A program made the translations under genes and the position numbers. A stretch of DNA of 64,000 nt from a virus (taxonomy: Duplodnaviria > Caudoviricetes), in IMG/VR virus record IMGVR_UViG_3300013121_000046; one strand, written 5' to 3'. The notes beneath the pieces were generated by a model. That model had not been told where the DNA came from. It made no database searches and saw only the letters and a list, made by a program, of their open reading frames with translations. Below, piece by piece: positions 56,375 to 64,000 of this stretch (position 1 is its first letter; each line of letters opens with the position of its first letter).

Positions 56375-56656
56375 CTAAAGACCTGTTAAAACCCATTCGG
56401 GAAAAATCTCCCTTATTCCATAGTCGCCCACCCAATGACCTATTCCATAGGAGCCCACCCAACGACCTACAGCAGTGTGCCTAACGACAGTTGACCCAAC
56501 CAGGCTATATATCCCGTTCTGCATCTGAAAATTCATTACTTCATACCCACCTATAACGTTAATTGGCTGATTACCTGAAGTCCCTAAATACACAGGAACC
56601 CTTGCGAGCTTCCGCCAAATACGACTCAAATCTTTCCGAGAGTAAAAACTCCTCAT
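56375..56656 (-). CDS. array B small protein
   Basis: FYSRKDLSRIWRKL...FPEWVLTGL. Confidence 0.7.
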   Translation of the reverse strand: MRSFYSRKDLSRIWRKLARVPVYLGTSGNQPINVIGGYEVMNFQMQNGIYSLVGSTVVRHTAVGRWVGSYGIGHWVGDYGIREIFPEWVLTGL

Positions 56657-56782
56657 TTGGAATCTCGATCTACAGCCACATTAGAAATAGACCAGTGAGA
56701 GGCTCATGTAAAGTTTGGCACCTAAGATCTTCTGAGTCATTAGACTCTGAAGTAACATCCATGCGAGCCATCAGATTGAAAA

Positions 56783-57052
56783 TCAATTATAGTATTGCAG
56801 GCTAACTACAAGCCAAGTGGGGAGAAGCTCATCTGTTATTCCATAGTATAGTATCCAGAAACCATCAGAAGTATGCCTAGCGAACGTTATCCCGGTATAA
56901 CCACATTCCCCACTCTTAATGGGAAACTTAAAGGAAACCTCATATCCATCATAGTTAATTGGCACCCATAGATACACCGAATTATTTATCAGCTTTCGCC
57001 AAACACAAGTTAAATCTTTCTGAGAATAGAAACTCCTCATTTGGAATCTCAA
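56783..57052 (-). CDS. array B small protein
   Basis: FYSQKDLTCVWRKL...LPTWLVVSL. Confidence 0.7.
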   Translation of the reverse strand: MRFQMRSFYSQKDLTCVWRKLINNSVYLWVPINYDGYEVSFKFPIKSGECGYTGITFARHTSDGFWILYYGITDELLPTWLVVSLQYYN

Positions 57053-57297
57053 TCTACTGCCACACTCACAGCCCAGTCGCGGCTATCAACCCAGTCACGG
57101 CTATAATAATCATGAAACATAGACCAACGCGGTCTCTTCAAAGTACTCGGAGAGCAAGATAGTAAGACCCGAAAGATTCCAGGGAAATGAATGTTTACTA
57201 TTAGAGCCTTTCCCGGTATGATACGATAACGTACAAACCCATTATTTGCATCAACCATTTTCTTTGCGAGGCGAACTAAATCCTTTCCGGGATACAT
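57049..57297 (-). CDS. array B small protein
   Basis: MYPGKDLVRLAKKM head. Confidence 0.65.
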   Translation of the reverse strand: MYPGKDLVRLAKKMVDANNGFVRYRIIPGKALIVNIHFPGIFRVLLSCSPSTLKRPRWSMFHDYYSRDWVDSRDWAVSVAVD

Positions 57298-57554
57298 CAG
57301 TACGACTCCGCCCTAGGCAAACTCTCCCAAAACCAAGTCCTAACATGCAAGGGTTTCTTTGTACTATTAAGTACAGACAAGGACCAAAGTCCTGATTTGG
57401 ATACATAGAGGATGAGGTAACCTGGAGAACCCATCAAATAAGTACGGGTACTAAAGCTTAGCCTTCCTAACTGGAAAAATTCCGTATGACCAAATCCGCA
57501 CTTCAGGAAGACTTTATTGAGAGATTCAAAAGAATATCTACGCGGTGAGACCAC
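57297..57554 (-). CDS. array B small protein (recent duplicate)
   Basis: RYSFESLNKV...RTWFWESLP. Confidence 0.7.
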   Translation of the reverse strand: MVSPRRYSFESLNKVFLKCGFGHTEFFQLGRLSFSTRTYLMGSPGYLILYVSKSGLWSLSVLNSTKKPLHVRTWFWESLPRAESY

Positions 57555-57604
57555 GATTCATACCTCTCTAAATCCTTTCCAGAATACATCAATACGACTC
57601 CGCC

Positions 57605-57853
57605 CTACACCCTAGGCAAACTTTCCCAAAACCAAACCCTAACATGCTCAGGTCTCTCTGTAGTATTAAGTAAACCCAAGAACCAAAGGCCTGACTTGGA
57701 CACAAAGAGGGTGATGTAACCTGGAGAACCCATCAAATAAGTACGGGTACTAAATCTTGGCCTTCTTAACTGAAAAAATTCCGTATGACCAAATCCGCAC
57801 TTCAGGAGGAATTTATTGAGGGATTCAAAAGAATATCTACGCGGTAAGACCAC
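57605..57853 (-). CDS. array B small protein (recent duplicate)
   Basis: RYSFESLNKF...RVWFWESLP; highly similar to 57297..57554. Confidence 0.7.
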   Translation of the reverse strand: MVLPRRYSFESLNKFLLKCGFGHTEFFQLRRPRFSTRTYLMGSPGYITLFVSKSGLWFLGLLNTTERPEHVRVWFWESLPRV

Positions 57854-57968
57854 GATTCAACCCCCGCTACTTCTATTCACCAAACAGCCCGCAACACCGC
57901 CATCTGTAAACCGGAGTGGTTCTGCAAGATATCTGCTACGCATAGCCCTTTTCCTCTCTGACTAACAC

Positions 57969-58042
57969 TGGGACTGTCGGGGCTCGAACCCGAGACCTAC
58001 GGATTAAAAGTCCGTTGCTCTATCCAACTGAGCTACAGTCCC
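57969..58042 (-). tRNA. tRNA-Lys (UUU)
   Basis: GGGACTGTAGCTCAGTTGGATAGAGCA-ACGGA-CTTTTAA-TCCGT, GGTTCGAGCCC. Confidence 0.93.
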
Positions 58043-58060
58043 GGATATAAATATATACCC

Positions 58061-58104
58061 TAAAGCCAGGGTAGCTACTGCGTAAAAAATCTACCCTGGC
58101 TTTA
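58061..58104. terminator. hairpin/terminator upstream of tRNA-Lys
   Basis: 14-bp stem TAAAGCCAGGGTAG/CTACCCTGGCTTTA. Confidence 0.6.
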
Positions 58105-58123
58105 GTCCCCCCCCCAGTGAGTC

Positions 58124-58276
58124 CTACTCTGGAACATCAATCTCTGGCTCTACGCCAGAGTCATTCCTTGACTCCCCGTAAGCACAATTCAGACTACCGC
58201 AGCAAGGACAAATCTCACCGCCTCTGGCGTAATAACAGTCTTCGCAATTGCAGTATTGGTCATGGGCATAGTCCAT
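58124..58276 (-). CDS. 50-aa Cys-rich microprotein (below ORF-track cutoff)
   Basis: AGGAG SD; MDYAHDQYCNCEDCYYARGGEICPCCGSLNCAYGESRNDSGVEPEIDVPE. Confidence 0.6.
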   Translation of the reverse strand: MDYAHDQYCNCEDCYYARGGEICPCCGSLNCAYGESRNDSGVEPEIDVPE

Positions 58277-58558
58277 TGTCTTCTCCTAATAATCTCGCAG
58301 CGCATTGAATACCGCTACTCTTATATACCCAAAAATTTATATCCTAGAGGTAATTCTAGTCAAATACCAGAAATAAATTTCTGTCCAACATTAACCAGAG
58401 ACTCTAAAGTACCCCAAATAAACCAGTTGGAGTATGCCTTGGGATTTGCCTGGAAAACCAAACCCCCCCAAGGTAGTAGTCCGGGTCCAAAAAAATTCAA
58501 CAAGCATAAACTGTCTCGATACGATACTTAAGTCTGTTAGTAATTTTCGTCGAGATCA

Positions 58559-58858
58559 CTAACCTAACCCACACCAAAACCAGTGCGGAACCAAATCTCG
58601 CACTTTTTGATTGGTACGGCCCGTAGAGATATACCAAAACCTCTGTGCGTCACATCGGGCTTTATAGTATGCTAAACACCCAATTAACCTCCCATTACAC
58701 GTCAGGTACAAACTTAAACCTAGAAAGTCGTTGTGAAGAGACACACTCTGTACACCCTTTCTCAGTACCTTTTTCGCTATCTTTTCTAGGTCTTTATTTG
58801 AATACTTATCCATAACCCTACTCCATATCACACTAACAGTAATTCTAATTGAAACCAA
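58559..58858 (-). CDS. array B small protein (likely start MDKYS)
   Basis: KYSNKDLEKIAKK...VPHWFWCGL. Confidence 0.7.
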   Translation of the reverse strand: MVSIRITVSVIWSRVMDKYSNKDLEKIAKKVLRKGVQSVSLHNDFLGLSLYLTCNGRLIGCLAYYKARCDAQRFWYISTGRTNQKVRDLVPHWFWCGLG

Positions 58859-59133
58859 CTCGGAGCTTTTACTCTCGAAGCCATCCCCCTTTGACTATAC
58901 ACAACCGCTCGCGTTCCCGAATACCAGAGGCCATTTGTCCATTGTGCCACTTGGAAGGTAACTCTTAACCTGTTACTCTTCCGAAAATTCTGGTTAGGTA
59001 AAACATAATCTACAAATAATACTCCACCTAACCCTATTCCGGGTGTAACCTCGTGTCTGATAAGAACTTTATTATCGAGACTTTTTCGCAAGAGTTTCTT
59101 TAAGTCCCTATCCGAATACCTCCCCATGAACAA
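58828..59133 (-). CDS. array B small protein
   Basis: RYSDRDLKKLLRK...APSWFQLEL. Confidence 0.72.
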   Translation of the reverse strand: MFMGRYSDRDLKKLLRKSLDNKVLIRHEVTPGIGLGGVLFVDYVLPNQNFRKSNRLRVTFQVAQWTNGLWYSGTRAVVYSQRGMASRVKAPSWFQLELLLV

Positions 59134-59190
59134 CTCCTTTATTATTCAGAATCTTACCTACATCCTCGGTAGCATAGAGTCCTCTGTCTC

Positions 59191-59529
59191 TCACTTCATC
59201 CTGCTCTCCATATCCTCTCTACAGAGGAGCAAAGACTGCTTCGCCCAAAATGGCATAAAAGTGTCATCCCACTCCACCTCAGATACACCTAAATCTGGCC
59301 GAAGCCACACATTATTCTCCCAAACTAAACCAGCCTTATGCGTCCCATAATGATTATATGCACCCAATGCTGGCACGCTTGGTTGTCTAATTCGGTTCAG
59401 TACATTTTGTGCAGAAGGCCAATACCTAAAGGAGTGCATCTGAATTGAGGCACTGGATGAATCCCCCAAACTGATAGAGTCATAGAATCTGCACACATCC
59501 CTAAATGAGTAGAGATGCTCCGAAGCCAT
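59191..59529 (-). CDS. array B small protein
   Basis: LYSFRDVCRF...MPFWAKQSL. Confidence 0.68.
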   Translation of the reverse strand: MASEHLYSFRDVCRFYDSISLGDSSSASIQMHSFRYWPSAQNVLNRIRQPSVPALGAYNHYGTHKAGLVWENNVWLRPDLGVSEVEWDDTFMPFWAKQSLLLCREDMESRMK

Positions 59530-59573
59530 TTTTCCCCTTCACCTCTAGGACAAAACTCCAGAATTTTCTCAGC

Positions 59574-59843
59574 TTATAAAAATGCTTCCAGAGACTGCAT
59601 CACCCACGGAAAAGCCTTGGTCTGCATAAAATATCTCCAATTCCATTGACAACCATACTTCCAGATGCCGTCCTCATAAAAAATATTGAATCTATACCCG
59701 TACGGACTAGAGGACTCATTATACCCCAAAATAATACTCCCTTTGTGCGGATACGTGAACAAAGGACGACCCGATTCTTGAAATCCCATTGCACAAGTTA
59801 TTTTGAGTAAATCTTTTATGGAATAGGCTGTATTTCTCCGCAT
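59574..59843 (-). CDS. array B small protein
   Basis: AYSIKDLLKI...FPWVMQSL. Confidence 0.68.
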   Translation of the reverse strand: MRRNTAYSIKDLLKITCAMGFQESGRPLFTYPHKGSIILGYNESSSPYGYRFNIFYEDGIWKYGCQWNWRYFMQTKAFPWVMQSLEAFL

Positions 59844-59907
59844 CTCGACTCTATACTCCTTTGCGGAGTATCATACCCCTCTATTGATGACTATGATACT
59901 CCAAAGA

Positions 59908-60180
59908 TCAATCTGAATCTAACTCCCGCATAGACAGAAATAAGTGAGTTCCTCTTACTGGGACCGTCTTCCAGACTATCTTATCGCCAAACACTGTGGG
60001 GTACGTATGACCACACCACACACCTGAAATGAATTTCCAATTCAAGAACAACCCTTGCAAATCCCCATGAGCCCAATCAAAACTCACGGTAAAAATTCCG
60101 GTATGGTCCGCCCAAAATGCACACCCACTTACCCCGGTACTCTCAAGAATCCTGAGCATATCCGATGATGAGTACCGCAT
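59908..60180 (-). CDS. array B small protein
   Basis: MRYSSSDMLRILES head. Confidence 0.68.
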   Translation of the reverse strand: MRYSSSDMLRILESTGVSGCAFWADHTGIFTVSFDWAHGDLQGLFLNWKFISGVWCGHTYPTVFGDKIVWKTVPVRGTHLFLSMRELDSD

Positions 60181-60182
60181 AA

Positions 60183-60419
60183 CTAGCCTTGAATAGAATC
60201 TCTAAACCAAGGGGGCATATGCAGCAAAAAGCCGTAGTCCCACAAAATCTCCCATAAAATATGATCCACCTTAGGGTTACCCTTCTTTCTTGACCATCTC
60301 GTAACAAAGCTACGAGCCGTAACGTAATCCATACGCAACTCTCTCGCACTACCTAGCTTAAACTCCGACAGAGAGCCAACCTTATTCAGTAATTTCACCA
60401 GGTCCGAGACTGAGTACAT
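60183..60419 (-). CDS. array B small protein
   Basis: MYSVSDLVKLLNKVG...MPPWFRDSI. Confidence 0.72.
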   Translation of the reverse strand: MYSVSDLVKLLNKVGSLSEFKLGSARELRMDYVTARSFVTRWSRKKGNPKVDHILWEILWDYGFLLHMPPWFRDSIQG

Positions 60420-60694
60420 GAAAATAATACCTCACGAAACCAGCCGTCATTCTTCTCCCAGAACCACAAAGCATATCTTGATGTACAACCATACCAGCGA
60501 CCCTTATAAAAAAAGGCTAGCTCAATAGGGTTAAAAAATTCGTCTGAGTAGGAGATGCTTGCCTTCAAGGGATAACCCCCTAGTGTGGATAGGGCGGAGT
60601 GAAAACGAAGATTCATCCTCTTATTGGGCATAGTCTTTCCCAGCAATTTTGTTATGTCCGACGATGAGTACTTTCCCATCTCAACTCCCCCCAA
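60395..60694 (-). CDS. array B small protein (likely start MGKYS)
   Basis: KYSSSDITKLLGK...DGWFREVL. Confidence 0.7.
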   Translation of the reverse strand: MGGVEMGKYSSSDITKLLGKTMPNKRMNLRFHSALSTLGGYPLKASISYSDEFFNPIELAFFYKGRWYGCTSRYALWFWEKNDGWFREVLFSCTQSRTW

Positions 60695-60806
60695 TCCTAA
60701 AAATTCCCACAGAAGGACACCATCCCATCATACTTATATGCCTGAAAATAAAGTTCAACCAGGGAGTGTTCCCAAAAAATATCTCTCCTCTGCCTCCCTC
60801 CCCTCG

Positions 60807-61121
60807 TCAGCCCTTGAATACAGGTAACCCCGCAAGAACCCAGTCTGGAAAATAGAAATGCTCCCGAAACAATTTTCTAGGTCGATACCATAATCCTCGA
60901 TAGAATCGTGCAAAAAGATCATACGGCACCATATTCTCTCCCGAAGGGAACATTAAGTCCACTGCGCAGCCAATACCCCCATTCGGTAAATATTGTTCAA
61001 CCCGAGATACTTCTGTTTGACCATACAGGGACATTTTAGCCAGAAGTGATATCAAGTCGCTGTAAGAATACTGAGTCATGTCTGTATCTCTAAAGATCCG
61101 ACGGTCTAAAAAACCAGACAC
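60807..61121 (-). CDS. array B small protein (likely start MTQYS)
   Basis: QYSYSDLISLLAK...FPDWVLAGL. Confidence 0.72.
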   Translation of the reverse strand: MSGFLDRRIFRDTDMTQYSYSDLISLLAKMSLYGQTEVSRVEQYLPNGGIGCAVDLMFPSGENMVPYDLFARFYRGLWYRPRKLFREHFYFPDWVLAGLPVFKG

Positions 61122-61344
61122 TCTTACGGAACCAATAGGGAACCGCCATATATACCAAGGCTTGAGACGTATTCAAGCTAAAATAAACTCTACTTTGAAT
61201 TCTCTCTCGGGTCTTAACCTCAGACTCGACCCAAAAACACAAGTACTCTCTTAGAAATATTTCCCCTGCATTCGGAAATACACTACCCTTGAAACCAACT
61301 TTTTCTACTAATCTAAACATGTCGAAGTATGAATACCGCGTCAT
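61090..61344 (-). CDS. array B small protein
   Basis: RYSYFDMFRLVEKVG...VPYWFRKSV. Confidence 0.72.
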   Translation of the reverse strand: MTRYSYFDMFRLVEKVGFKGSVFPNAGEIFLREYLCFWVESEVKTRERIQSRVYFSLNTSQALVYMAVPYWFRKSVWFFRPSDL

Positions 61345-61424
61345 CGCTGATCCTTCCCTAAGCCTCGATAGAACCGAGTGGCCTACTTAAGTCCCTTACT
61401 AGGTACTTTAACATAAAGTCTTTC

Positions 61425-61658
61425 CTACCGTAGAGAATCCTGAAACCAAGTTGGAGTCTGATCTAATATGTCCTGTACCCAAGAACTAACAGAGGCATAC
61501 CACTCACCTTCTGTATAGAAAATCAAATCATCATACAAATCATCAGTGACTCCTAGACAGAGAAAGACCTCATTCGGATGAAAAAATAAGTCTTCCACAA
61601 CACCTGAAAGAATCTTTCTCAGGATTCTTTCTAAGTCTGCAACTGAGTACCTATCCAT
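61425..61658 (-). CDS. array B small protein
   Basis: RYSVADLERILRK...TPTWFQDSL. Confidence 0.75.
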   Translation of the reverse strand: MDRYSVADLERILRKILSGVVEDLFFHPNEVFLCLGVTDDLYDDLIFYTEGEWYASVSSWVQDILDQTPTWFQDSLR

Positions 61659-62046
61659 TAAAATAGACCCTGCCTAAACCATTCAGGTAACGTCTCATGA
61701 ATTACGGGTTTCCCTAGTTTTTGGGTAGACCCCTAGTTAAGCTGGGGAAATACCCCAAGCTTTTGCCCCAAGTATTTGGTAAAACTTGCCTAAGCTCGGT
61801 ACTAGTCGTGGACAAAACAGGTCTCCAGTACCCATCTGATGGGAAAAATTTCAGATTTAAGTCCGTCCTACGACCAGAAAATACGATCCGAATTGAGCCA
61901 ATATTCATGCAAAGAAATTGCACATCAACAACACCGAAAAGAATTTTTCTCAGGATTCTTTCTAAGTCTACAACTGAGTACTTTTCCATTAAAATAAACC
62001 CTGCCTAAACCATTCAGGTAACGTCTCATGAATTACGGGTTTCCCT
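61597..62046. repeat. 119-bp direct repeat pair (61597..61715 and 61928..62046) spanning a gene tail plus the next gene head
   Basis: Near-identical sequence encoding GKPVIHETLPEWFRQGLF* followed by M(E/D)(K/R)YSV(V/A)DLERILRKIL. Confidence 0.9.
61714..61989 (-). CDS. array B small protein (PEWF tail out of frame)
   Basis: KYSVVDLERILRK head. Confidence 0.68.
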   Translation of the reverse strand: MEKYSVVDLERILRKILFGVVDVQFLCMNIGSIRIVFSGRRTDLNLKFFPSDGYWRPVLSTTSTELRQVLPNTWGKSLGYFPSLTRGLPKN

Positions 62047-62216
62047 GTTTTTTGGATAGACCACGTATACCAATAACCATTTGATCCAACCTTAGATATG
62101 AACCGATACTTAAGACCTAATATTATCTCTCCCCAATACCTATTGTATTTTCTATCCGTAGATGCCCCGATAGTACTTAGAAGTCGATCCAAATCTTCCA
62201 TTGAGTACTTACTCAT
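61989..62216 (-). CDS. array B small protein
   Basis: KYSMEDLDRLL...LPEWFRQGL. Confidence 0.75.
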   Translation of the reverse strand: MSKYSMEDLDRLLSTIGASTDRKYNRYWGEIILGLKYRFISKVGSNGYWYTWSIQKTGKPVIHETLPEWFRQGLF

Positions 62217-62405
62217 AACTTCATCTCCGTCTCCGGTACTATGCCCAATCGAAATCGGTTTGGTGGTTTGACTCTAACCATAAGCCCTCGGGGAACCACC
62301 TATTACCCACAATCGTCATACAAAATTATTTCCCAGGGGTCAACACATCGTACATTACCGCCTCACATTGTCCCAACTAGTCTGCGCAAGTGTTCTACAG
62401 AGTAT

Positions 62406-62657
62406 TTAGTCATTGAAAAGAGACTGAGGGATAATCCAAAGTCCTCCGAGAGCACGGGCCTCTTCACTATTTATGACTTTTCGATTCACATAAGCCAAGG
62501 CGGTGGGTTCGTCCCCCCATACCAGGTAGTAAGCATCTGACCCGGGATCTATTAGGGAGACATGATTACCTAATAACTTTTCCAACAGTTCATCTAAGTC
62601 CTTTTTTGAATACCTAGTACGCACTTGGCAATAGCCACACAATAAATACCCGCTCAT
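62406..62657 (-). CDS. array B small protein (likely GTG start VRTRYS)
   Basis: RYSKKDLDELLEKLLG head. Confidence 0.65.
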   Translation of the reverse strand: MSGYLLCGYCQVRTRYSKKDLDELLEKLLGNHVSLIDPGSDAYYLVWGDEPTALAYVNRKVINSEEARALGGLWIIPQSLFND

Positions 62658-62826
62658 TAAAATGTACCATGACAGGCCAAGCCTTTATCGGTACCTGATA
62701 GACTCTCCATTCTGCCCTTGTACCCCTTAACCAATAAGTATCCGAAGCATCTAAGAGAGAGTGTCTATACCCAGGACATAGCTTTTGTATCAGCCAATTC
62801 AAATGTTGTTTTGAATACTTTACCAC
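62614..62826 (-). CDS. array B small protein
   Basis: KYSKQHLNWLIQKL head. Confidence 0.6.
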   Translation of the reverse strand: MVKYSKQHLNWLIQKLCPGYRHSLLDASDTYWLRGTRAEWRVYQVPIKAWPVMVHFNERVFIVWLLPSAY

Positions 62827-63002
62827 TATACAAATTCAACCCGAAGCGTCACATGGTTAGGGGAGTACCAAAATATTTTAATCATCATATCCCGATACAT
62901 AACTTCCAAAAACCCGGTGCCCTGAAATGACCAACTACTTAGCTTAGCACAGCTAAACTTCCCCGCGAACTTTTCCATATCCTCTCTTGAGTACTTGGTC
63001 AA
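62826..63002 (-). CDS. array B small protein (58 aa, below ORF-track cutoff)
   Basis: GGAG SD, TTG start, TKYSREDMEKFAGK head. Confidence 0.55.
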   Translation of the reverse strand: MTKYSREDMEKFAGKFSCAKLSSWSFQGTGFLEVMYRDMMIKIFWYSPNHVTLRVEFV

Positions 63003-63185
63003 GACTCTCTCCTATTTGCTTCATGTCGAGACTTCCGGCCCCTGTCAAATACAAAGCCTGGAAGATAGTAACTTCTCCAGACTAATACATACTGAAGCCG
63101 TCCCCCCAAAAATCTTCTGAGGAAACTCTCGGATATCTTCACTCGAATACTTATCCCTCCTAAGCAGTATGTACCTCAAAATCAA

Positions 63186-63464
63186 CTATGGTAACAAATA
63201 GAAATTTCGCACAAACCAAGTTTCTATGGAAGGTAGGTTCTTTTCTACCACATGGTACCGGCCCCAAAGGCCGTCAACAAATCGGTAGGTGGTAGACCAC
63301 ACACTAAAGTCCTTTTTGTGTACAGTTATAGTCAGCCCAGTATTACTTGTGGTTATAAAGAATAACACATCATCGGACGTACCGGATACAATTAACATCT
63401 TTCTGCTTAACTTATAGATATCCCGCACAGAATACTTAGGCTTACCCATCACTAAGATATCCAT
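63186..63464 (-). CDS. array B small protein
   Basis: KYSVRDIYKLSRK...ETWFVRN. Confidence 0.7.
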   Translation of the reverse strand: MDILVMGKPKYSVRDIYKLSRKMLIVSGTSDDVLFFITTSNTGLTITVHKKDFSVWSTTYRFVDGLWGRYHVVEKNLPSIETWFVRNFYLLP

Positions 63465-63714
63465 ACCAGTACCAGTGGTGCTCAGGTAGACCTAAAAAAA
63501 ACCATTTGGGAATACATCGGATAGTCCTAAGGCTCCTCCATCTCGAAGAATACCAACGGCTCTCCGCTGACCAGGCAATGGCTACCATATTAGTGGGCTC
63601 TTTGTCCGGGACATGTATCTTCAATACATAGTCCATACCATAAGAAGGTAGGGCTACTCTCCGACCCTCAAAAACCTTACCCAGGAGTCTTAGTAGATCC
63701 CTATTAGAATACAT
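63442..63714 (-). CDS. array B small protein
   Basis: MYSNRDLLRLLGK...IPKWFFLGL. Confidence 0.73.
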   Translation of the reverse strand: MYSNRDLLRLLGKVFEGRRVALPSYGMDYVLKIHVPDKEPTNMVAIAWSAESRWYSSRWRSLRTIRCIPKWFFLGLPEHHWYWYGYLSDG

Positions 63715-63734
63715 TAGTTTCCGGTCCTTATGAG

Positions 63735-63983
63735 TTATAGGCCTTCCCTCTCCTGTAAACTAAATCTAAACCATTGAGGCGTTGGGTCTTTTATACAATT
63801 AAAGACCCTAGTACTGCGCCATAACCGATCTTCGTAAAAAGCAATGTCCCAGAGTCCCTTATTTTCACCCACAAGATACAGTGGGTTCTCGAATGAAAAA
63901 GCAACAGTAAACTTAAATCCTTTAGCGTTAAACTTCCCAACCAACCTATTAAGGTCTGCATTAGAGTAAATTCGTGAGACCAT
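63735..63983 (-). CDS. array B small protein
   Basis: IYSNADLNRLVGK...TPQWFRFSL. Confidence 0.73.
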   Translation of the reverse strand: MVSRIYSNADLNRLVGKFNAKGFKFTVAFSFENPLYLVGENKGLWDIAFYEDRLWRSTRVFNCIKDPTPQWFRFSLQEREGL

Positions 63984-64000
63984 TTTACTCCTCTCAAAAA

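Larger units (their letters stand above)
50236..58514. repeat. ~220-bp imperfect direct repeat pair (50236..50457 and 58301..58514)
   Basis: CGCATTGAATACCGCTACTCTTATATACCCAAAAATTT...; each copy holds a promoter motif plus the 3' part of an array B gene. Confidence 0.88.

Noticed and set aside
51600-62420. Stop-codon reassignment suggested by in-frame TAG/TGA in array B stubs
   Set aside because: Standard-code ORFs tile the strand, conserved genes are unbroken and end at TAG/TGA normally, no suppressor tRNA was seen, and read-through does not restore full-length members
50316-63983. Integron cassette array
   Set aside because: No integrase and no recurring attC-like palindromes; many genes overlap with no intergenic space

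Overview
64-kb segment of what appears to be a large (jumbo-type) lytic phage genome. It is moderately AT-rich, gene-dense, and essentially every credible gene is on the minus strand. The left part (1-17 kb) encodes transcription and replication functions: a sigma-70 factor, a second sigma/HTH-like protein, a NusG-like KOW protein, a 5'-3' exonuclease, a clamp-loader-like ATPase, a TOPRIM primase, an intein-containing metallophosphoesterase, the C-terminal half of an SbcC/Rad50 ATPase, and a Dam-type methylase. The middle is accessory: a pectate-lyase-like enzyme on an extensin-like Pro stalk, a PIG-L-type deacetylase, methyltransferases, PcfJ, HNH, a GC-rich host-type gltX, a solitary HicA, and a second GC-rich island. 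Seven tRNAs are present (fMet, Ser-UGA, Ile-UAU, Ile2-CAU, Arg-UCU, Leu-UAA, Lys-UUU), nearly all reading A-ending codons, consistent with an AT-richer phage in a GC-rich host (Planctomycetota inferred, not proven). The most striking unexplained structures are two paralog arrays. Array A (34.9-44.2 kb) has about 14 tandem ~200-aa genes with an age gradient and five young, recombination-mosaic copies. Array B (50.3-64 kb) has about 29 small genes with a conserved YSxxDLxxL head, usually a PxWF tail, and unrelated cores; DNA-level duplications of the tail+head junction suggest cassette-like shuffling. All calls come from motif reading by eye; no database searches or computations were run.
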